DNA from: Cladosporium halotolerans
Lineage: Eukaryota
Reading direction: 5' to 3'
NCBI RefSeq assembly: GCF_011745625.1
Contig: NW_027191465.1
Location: forward strand, 496,001 to 560,000
Length of the DNA stretch: 64,000 bases
Below are positions 58,915-64,000 of this stretch, piece after piece; positions within the stretch are counted from its first letter, which is position 1, and every line of letters starts with the position of its first letter. The position numbers and the translations under genes were made by a program. The notes beneath the pieces are model-generated. The model saw only the letters and a program-made list of their open reading frames with translations. It ran no database searches and was not told the DNA's origin.

Positions 58915-59751
58915 GGCGGCGGTGGTGTGCTGTCGCGATGGAGGTCCGCCTCGCGGGCGCGGGTGTGCGGCCTCTTCAGGGTGTGTCGTCGCGCGGCCAA
59001 CGGACGGGCGGGCAGTGCGCAGATGGAGTGCGGCAGCAGTCCCCGGTCGGCGAGGCTTGTCCGAGCGGCTCGTGGGTGCTGCAGGCGGAAACGTGGGCGG
59101 CGCGCAGTCTCGCGTGGGCGTGGGCGAAGGGAGGGCGGCGGTGACGGGCGTGTGCGACGTGCGAGGCGTGGCGTGAGGCGGCGGCGCGGTGTTGGTGTGA
59201 TGCAATGCTGCGTGAGGGTGAAACCGCGTGCGTGGTATAGAATGGGTGTTATTAGTAGAAGCTCGGCGGTGTTGGGTGTCGTGGGTGTTTCCTCGCTCTT
59301 GCGCTCCCTGGCATGGACGGAGGTCTTGGAGCAGTGCGAGTGGCCCGCGGCGTCTCTTTCTCTGGGGATGATGGGTGAACGACCGACCGCGGCCGCCCGC
59401 CCGCCCGCCAGCTCGGTGGGTGGGTCTGCCACTCTGCCGTGGAGAGCGGGCGGGCAGCCTTATTTTCTCACCCGCTTGGTGGGCTTGCAGCTGCCACCTC
59501 CATCGGGCAGGTCCACACCGCGAGTGTGTCTGTCATGTGGGATGGCGTCCAGTGGTATACCTACAAATACGTAAAACAGGATCTCTGATTTGCAAATATG
59601 GAATCCTCCGCAGCCAGCTGATTTCATAAGATAAACGACAATACAGCTGTATACATGTTCGGCATCTCTATCATATGGCTGTACTAGTTCCAGCCCAGTA
59701 TCAGCATCAAAACCAGCATCAATAATAATTACACCCTCCTCTTCTCGTCAA

Positions 59752-62700
59752 TCAACTCTTCTGCGTCTGCGCCTGTCCTCTCCCCTGACTCTGTCCCCGC
59801 CCACCAGCCTGCTGCCCTCCTCTCCCCCTCCCCCTCCCACCACCACCACCACCACCACCACCCCTCTTCCTCCCCTGTCCCTTCCTCCCCGCACCCCCCT
59901 TCGCACTATCCCTCCTCCCGCTCCCGCCCCCCATCTCCTCTTCCTGCACCCTCCGACTCTCCCTCTCCCACCACTCTTGAAACTCCTGCTCGGCCTGGAT
60001 TTCTCCCAGATCGCGCTTCGCGACCGCCTCCTGCAGCAGCTCCTTCTGCCTGCGCTCCTGCGCCACGATGTCGTCGATGCTGAGCTGCAGCGAGGGCTCC
60101 GCGGGCGCGGGCGAGTGGCGGATGCTCTGGGGGATGGGCTTTGAGTTGGAAGTGCTCTGAGCGATTGGGCGCGGGGCGTGGTTTTCGGGTAAGCTGTGGC
60201 GGGCGCTGGGGCTGGCGATGATGGGTTTTGGCTGAGCTTGTGGCGGTGGGGGAGCGGGTTTGGGGTTCGCGACGGTTTGGCGCATGGTTAGGTGTGGAGT
60301 TGAGGCGCGGTGCGTTGGCGGCGGAGGAGCGGAGGACTGGGTGTCGATGACGTCTTTCAGCGAGGGCACTTTCTGCGCGGAGACGGTTTGCCAGGGCGAG
60401 CCGCGTGCGGTGGAGGAGTTGAGTTTGCTCTCGTTGAGTCGCGCGGCGGATTGGGCGCTGGCGGCCTGTTGCTGCTGGAGCATCTTTTTGCGCTCCTTTT
60501 GCGAAAGTTTGGGCGCTGGGAGGCTGAATGGAGAGGCGCTGGGTTTCTCTGCGGCGGCCTTTTGCGATGCTAGGCCCTGGGACAGGGATGATGTCCTGCT
60601 GGAGGAGGCCTGCGCCATGATGTCCTTGAGGCCTGTCTTAGACGATCCTGCCAGCGGTGTGGCGGTCCAAGGCACGCCGCCACTGGGAGGAGTCCTGCCG
60701 TTGAGCAAAGGCGACTTTGGCGTGCGAGGCGTCATCGAACCCGGGATGGACGACTGCTGCGGCCTGAGAACCGGAGACGCAATCGCCTTGCCTCGCGAAT
60801 CAAGCCATCCTTCATCAGCAGGCGAGCCCGCAGGGATCGAGTCCAGCTTGGGCGTCGACATGGGCTTGATCGCGGGAGAAGGGCCAGGCGAGCGATACGA
60901 CGAGCTCATCTCTTCGTCCATAGAAAACATCATATCCTTCGAAGAAGCCTTCGCTTTGAGCGAAGGTCGGTCGTCATCCGCTTTGCTAGCGATCGCCGAA
61001 CCGCGTCTGGGCTTCTGCGAAGGCGAGTGAGTGCCGTCATCGCCGACAGAGCCGGGCGCGAAGAAGTCAACGTCTTGGTACTTGGAGCGAAGCCTGACAG
61101 AGTCAACCTTAGCCTTGCGGTTGCGCTCAAGAATAGCGGCAAGCTCCGGATGTCGCTCGTGCAAGTCTTCCTCGGCGCGGCCGCTCTTGGCGAAAGGCAT
61201 GCAAGCAAGCTGATTTGCTTGGACGACTTCATCGAGTTCTTCCAGGAGATCTTCGTCAAGTTCATTGAGATGGTGACCTTGCAGCATAGCCTCCAAGCTC
61301 AAGCACAGGTACTCCAAGCTGGCGTGCTTGAACTCGTGCACAGAGCTGGGGGAGATGGCGTTCAGCAGCCAGCAAACGTTGCGCGCGTTGACGTAGCGGC
61401 CTATCACAGATTGGCAGATCTGCGACAAGCGTTCGAGCATCAGCTCGTTAGCTGCGCTGAGGACATCCAGGACCACATCAAGGAACTCATCGAGATCAGT
61501 GCTCGTGATACCATCGAAGAGCTCAGCTCCTGTATCGGCGTAGATGTGGCGGAGCACAAGGTTGAAGGTGTCCATCGTGATGTGCGAAAGATCGACCGTG
61601 ACGTCTTCTTCATCTCGCCCAGCAAGCCAACGCCCACCAGCACGACCCATGAAGAGGCCCTCGAAGAACGGACAGCGAGTGCAGAGAGGCACGCTGTGTG
61701 CTCGGACCTCGCCGTCTTCCAGCTGAACGATGAGATCGGTGTCTTGGAAGAACGAAGAGTCTTTGTAAGCTGATTCAAAGTCCATGTCCATACAAGCCCG
61801 CGGCTCGATCATCTGGCGAACGGCGGGCTCCAGTTTGACGAGCTCTAGCTTGGCAGAGAGCTTCATCAGCTCGGTGCGAACCTGGCGATACCTATATGAC
61901 ATCTGCTGCGCGTTGCGGATGTGCCAGAACTCGATGATCTGATCGATGTAGAGGTACAATGCCAGGTCGACGAGTGACAAGATGTCAAAGCCCTGGAAAG
62001 TGAGGACGGTGCGGCCCTCGCCATCAATCTCGACGGAAGCAGCGTCAGGAATAGCCCATACTTGGCCTTGTTCAGTCACATCCGAGAGACCTCGTCGTAG
62101 CACCTTACTCCTGCCAGTGAGGAGAAAGCGGTGTACCGGGATGCGCAGCTCGGAACTCGACGTAGCCAGAACCGCATCGTACTTCGCGGCAGAGTCATTC
62201 ATGGCCCGCTCGCAGATATCAGCAAGATCCTTCTCCAGATCCTTGCTCTCTAGAATCGCGCGTCTGAGCGTCTGCATCTCATCGGGCTTCCGGTTCCCCT
62301 GCCAGAAGCGCGGCCTATCCTCAGCGTTCATCTCCGCTTGCTCCAACCGCAAAGCCAGCGGTCTCAGAGCGAAAAGCGGAAGGTACTGCTTCCACAGCGT
62401 TTGGTCCTCCACCACAATCTGCGTCTTCGTAACGTCGCAGTCTCGCCTGACCGCAGCGTAGGCGCCGTGCGCCGAAGCTCGAACAGCCAGCACGCGGGTC
62501 AAACCCGGAATGCGAGAGAACTTGTAGTCCTTCGGCTTGTACTCACCCGTGCCAGATGCAGTGGCGTCCTTGATCTTCGCGCGCTTTGTGCGCTTCCAGA
62601 CACTACCTTCCTCGGTGGTGAGGAGGATCGAGCCGTCTGCGTCAACACCGACGTCGCGGGCCGCCATATTGCCCGTCTTGAGGGACCAGATACACACAGG

Positions 62701-64000
62701 CTGGCTGACGGCGCCGCGGATTTTGGTCGGGTTTGTGGTGGATGAGGCCTGGTTGCCACCCCTGTGTGCGACCGAAAGTGTGAAGATCTCACCCCTGCTT
62801 GAAAGTGCGCATACAGTATCGCCGCCGGATGTGACTTTGACGATCCTGTTTGGGGCGGTGTCGTAGGTTGTGACAAGAAAGCTCTGCTTCAGGAAATGGT
62901 TCGAGAAGCCTTCCAGAGGGAACGATACCTTGGCGTACCCGAAGTTTGCGAAGACGTAGACGTCGTGATTTTCGAGCAGGCAGACTGTGGCCTTGTCGAC
63001 TGCGGAGACACTTGCGATAGGCGACGTGAAGAGAGAGGCTGCCACTTTGCGAGGTGTGACCTGGATTTCCAGTGACCGCGCGTCAGAGTCGACGATGCCG
63101 AGCTGACCTTCGTTCTTGCCAAACGTAAATAGTGATGCGCCGGTAAAAGCGACAGAGTGGATGCGAGACGAAGCGATGCCCGCAATGGATTCTCGCTTCA
63201 ACGGTCCAAATATCTGCTGAGGAACCGTGCTGATTGGGTCTTCGTCGTTCCTGGTCTTTGGTAGACTGTAGCCAAGCTGACCAAACCCGTTGTTGCCCCA
63301 GCTGTATATCTCACCGTCGGTGGAAATAGCAAGTGTGTGATTTTGTCCAAGCGCGACAGTTGCGATCTTCTTTCCGGCCAGAGCACCTCCTTCAACACAA
63401 ACAAAATTGTACCGTGTGCGCTCGTCGCCGACACCCAATCTACCACCTTGTCCGTGCCCGCACATGTAAAGGTTCGACTCTGGGTCTGTGGTGAGCACGG
63501 CCGTGTGTAGCTTAGCCATTAGTACATCCTGGATAATCAACGGCTTGGTCCTGACAATCCAAGGAATCTTCTCAACAGGCGTGCTTTTGGCAAGTCTGAC
63601 TTGAGACTCGTGAGTAGCGTCATGAGCAGACAAAGTCTTGTCTTGCTGCTTGAGGTGCTCGCGGTAAAAGCGTCGCAGAAGATGCTCTGGTCGGCGCAGA
63701 ACGATGCGCTCGGGAAATTGCCTGTCGTCCTCATCGCCAAATCCAAGAGACACATTTCTGTTGCTGCCGAATGTGTACACTTCGTCGCCGTTGACCTGTG
63801 TGTATGCTACGTTGTGATACCTCTTGTATTCATCGTCGTCGTCGGCATCCATTCGACCGTCTTCCTCATCGCTGCCATCAGCTTCTTCGTGAATTTGATC
63901 GCTCGTTTCTGGTCGAAGAGTGCGATCCTTGATTGTGGCGGCGTATAGATCGAATGGGCCATGGCCTTCGCGATCCTTGATCTTGACCAGCCCGACAGTC
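59752..64000 (-). CDS. Ankyrin-RCC1-BTB protein (IBTK/Btb1-like Cul3 adaptor); 5' end lies outside the window
   Basis: Frame stays open to the window edge (..KIKDREGHGPFDL, an ankyrin end). RCC1 repeats (YTFGSN..LG, YSWGNNGFGQLG), two BTB domains (IPVHRFLL, VRAHSVPLC..FF) and an RGG tail. Confidence 0.92.
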   Translation of the reverse strand, partial: TVGLVKIKDREGHGPFDLYAATIKDRTLRPETSDQIHEEADGSDEEDGRMDADDDDEYKRYHNVAYTQVNGDEVYTFGSNRNVSLGFGDEDDRQFPERIVLRRPEHLLRRFYREHLKQQDKTLSAHDATHESQVRLAKSTPVEKIPWIVRTKPLIIQDVLMAKLHTAVLTTDPESNLYMCGHGQGGRLGVGDERTRYNFVCVEGGALAGKKIATVALGQNHTLAISTDGEIYSWGNNGFGQLGYSLPKTRNDEDPISTVPQQIFGPLKRESIAGIASSRIHSVAFTGASLFTFGKNEGQLGIVDSDARSLEIQVTPRKVAASLFTSPIASVSAVDKATVCLLENHDVYVFANFGYAKVSFPLEGFSNHFLKQSFLVTTYDTAPNRIVKVTSGGDTVCALSSRGEIFTLSVAHRGGNQASSTTNPTKIRGAVSQPVCIWSLKTGNMAARDVGVDADGSILLTTEEGSVWKRTKRAKIKDATASGTGEYKPKDYKFSRIPGLTRVLAVRASAHGAYAAVRRDCDVTKTQIVVEDQTLWKQYLPLFALRPLALRLEQAEMNAEDRPRFWQGNRKPDEMQTLRRAILESKDLEKDLADICERAMNDSAAKYDAVLATSSSELRIPVHRFLLTGRSKVLRRGLSDVTEQGQVWAIPDAASVEIDGEGRTVLTFQGFDILSLVDLALYLYIDQIIEFWHIRNAQQMSYRYRQVRTELMKLSAKLELVKLEPAVRQMIEPRACMDMDFESAYKDSSFFQDTDLIVQLEDGEVRAHSVPLCTRCPFFEGLFMGRAGGRWLAGRDEEDVTVDLSHITMDTFNLVLRHIYADTGAELFDGITSTDLDEFLDVVLDVLSAANELMLERLSQICQSVIGRYVNARNVCWLLNAISPSSVHEFKHASLEYLCLSLEAMLQGHHLNELDEDLLEELDEVVQANQLACMPFAKSGRAEEDLHERHPELAAILERNRKAKVDSVRLRSKYQDVDFFAPGSVGDDGTHSPSQKPRRGSAIASKADDDRPSLKAKASSKDMMFSMDEEMSSSYRSPGPSPAIKPMSTPKLDSIPAGSPADEGWLDSRGKAIASPVLRPQQSSIPGSMTPRTPKSPLLNGRTPPSGGVPWTATPLAGSSKTGLKDIMAQASSSRTSSLSQGLASQKAAAEKPSASPFSLPAPKLSQKERKKMLQQQQAASAQSAARLNESKLNSSTARGSPWQTVSAQKVPSLKDVIDTQSSAPPPPTHRASTPHLTMRQTVANPKPAPPPPQAQPKPIIASPSARHSLPENHAPRPIAQSTSNSKPIPQSIRHSPAPAEPSLQLSIDDIVAQERRQKELLQEAVAKRDLGEIQAEQEFQEWWERESRRVQEEEMGGGSGRRDSAKGGAGRKGQGRKRGGGGGGGGGRGRGRGGQQAGGRGQSQGRGQAQTQKS

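Noticed and set aside
58915..59205. 97-codon in-frame upstream extension of the Tco89-like gene
   Set aside because: It lies in a T-poor skew arm where stops and ATGs are intrinsically rare. Several frames are open and there is no targeting signature.

Overview
Gene-dense euchromatic DNA from a filamentous ascomycete. Short 50-75 nt GT-AG introns with CTRAC/CTAAC branch sites and the gene content suggest a Dothideomycete, possibly Capnodiales/Mycosphaerellales (inference only). I can support 26 protein-coding genes. Recognisable ones are NMNAT, GLO1, NUP, IKS1, TIM17, TFB3, PLB, G6P 1-epimerase, an SDR, GH64, AlkB, SUP35, a HECT E3, YAP1, SPF30, a 2OG oxygenase, HBS1/SKI7, a WSC-GH3 xylosidase, a Tco89-like protein and a 5'-truncated Ank-RCC1-BTB gene. 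Several others are hypothetical. I saw no transposon, rRNA, credible tRNA or CRISPR array. Most interesting: (1) about 12-15 recurring ~1 kb units in which the + strand is C/A-rich, then CG-rich, then G/T-rich, whatever the gene orientation; (2) an intronless orphan with a CheD/NTAN1/CNF1-type Cys-His deamidase motif; (3) an HBS1 locus whose splice sites predict both a Hbs1 GTPase and a GTPase-less Ski7-like isoform; (4) probable dual-targeting signals (GLO1 double ATG, possible non-AUG NMNAT extension, PTS1-like epimerase tail). All splice sites were read by eye and no database search was run.
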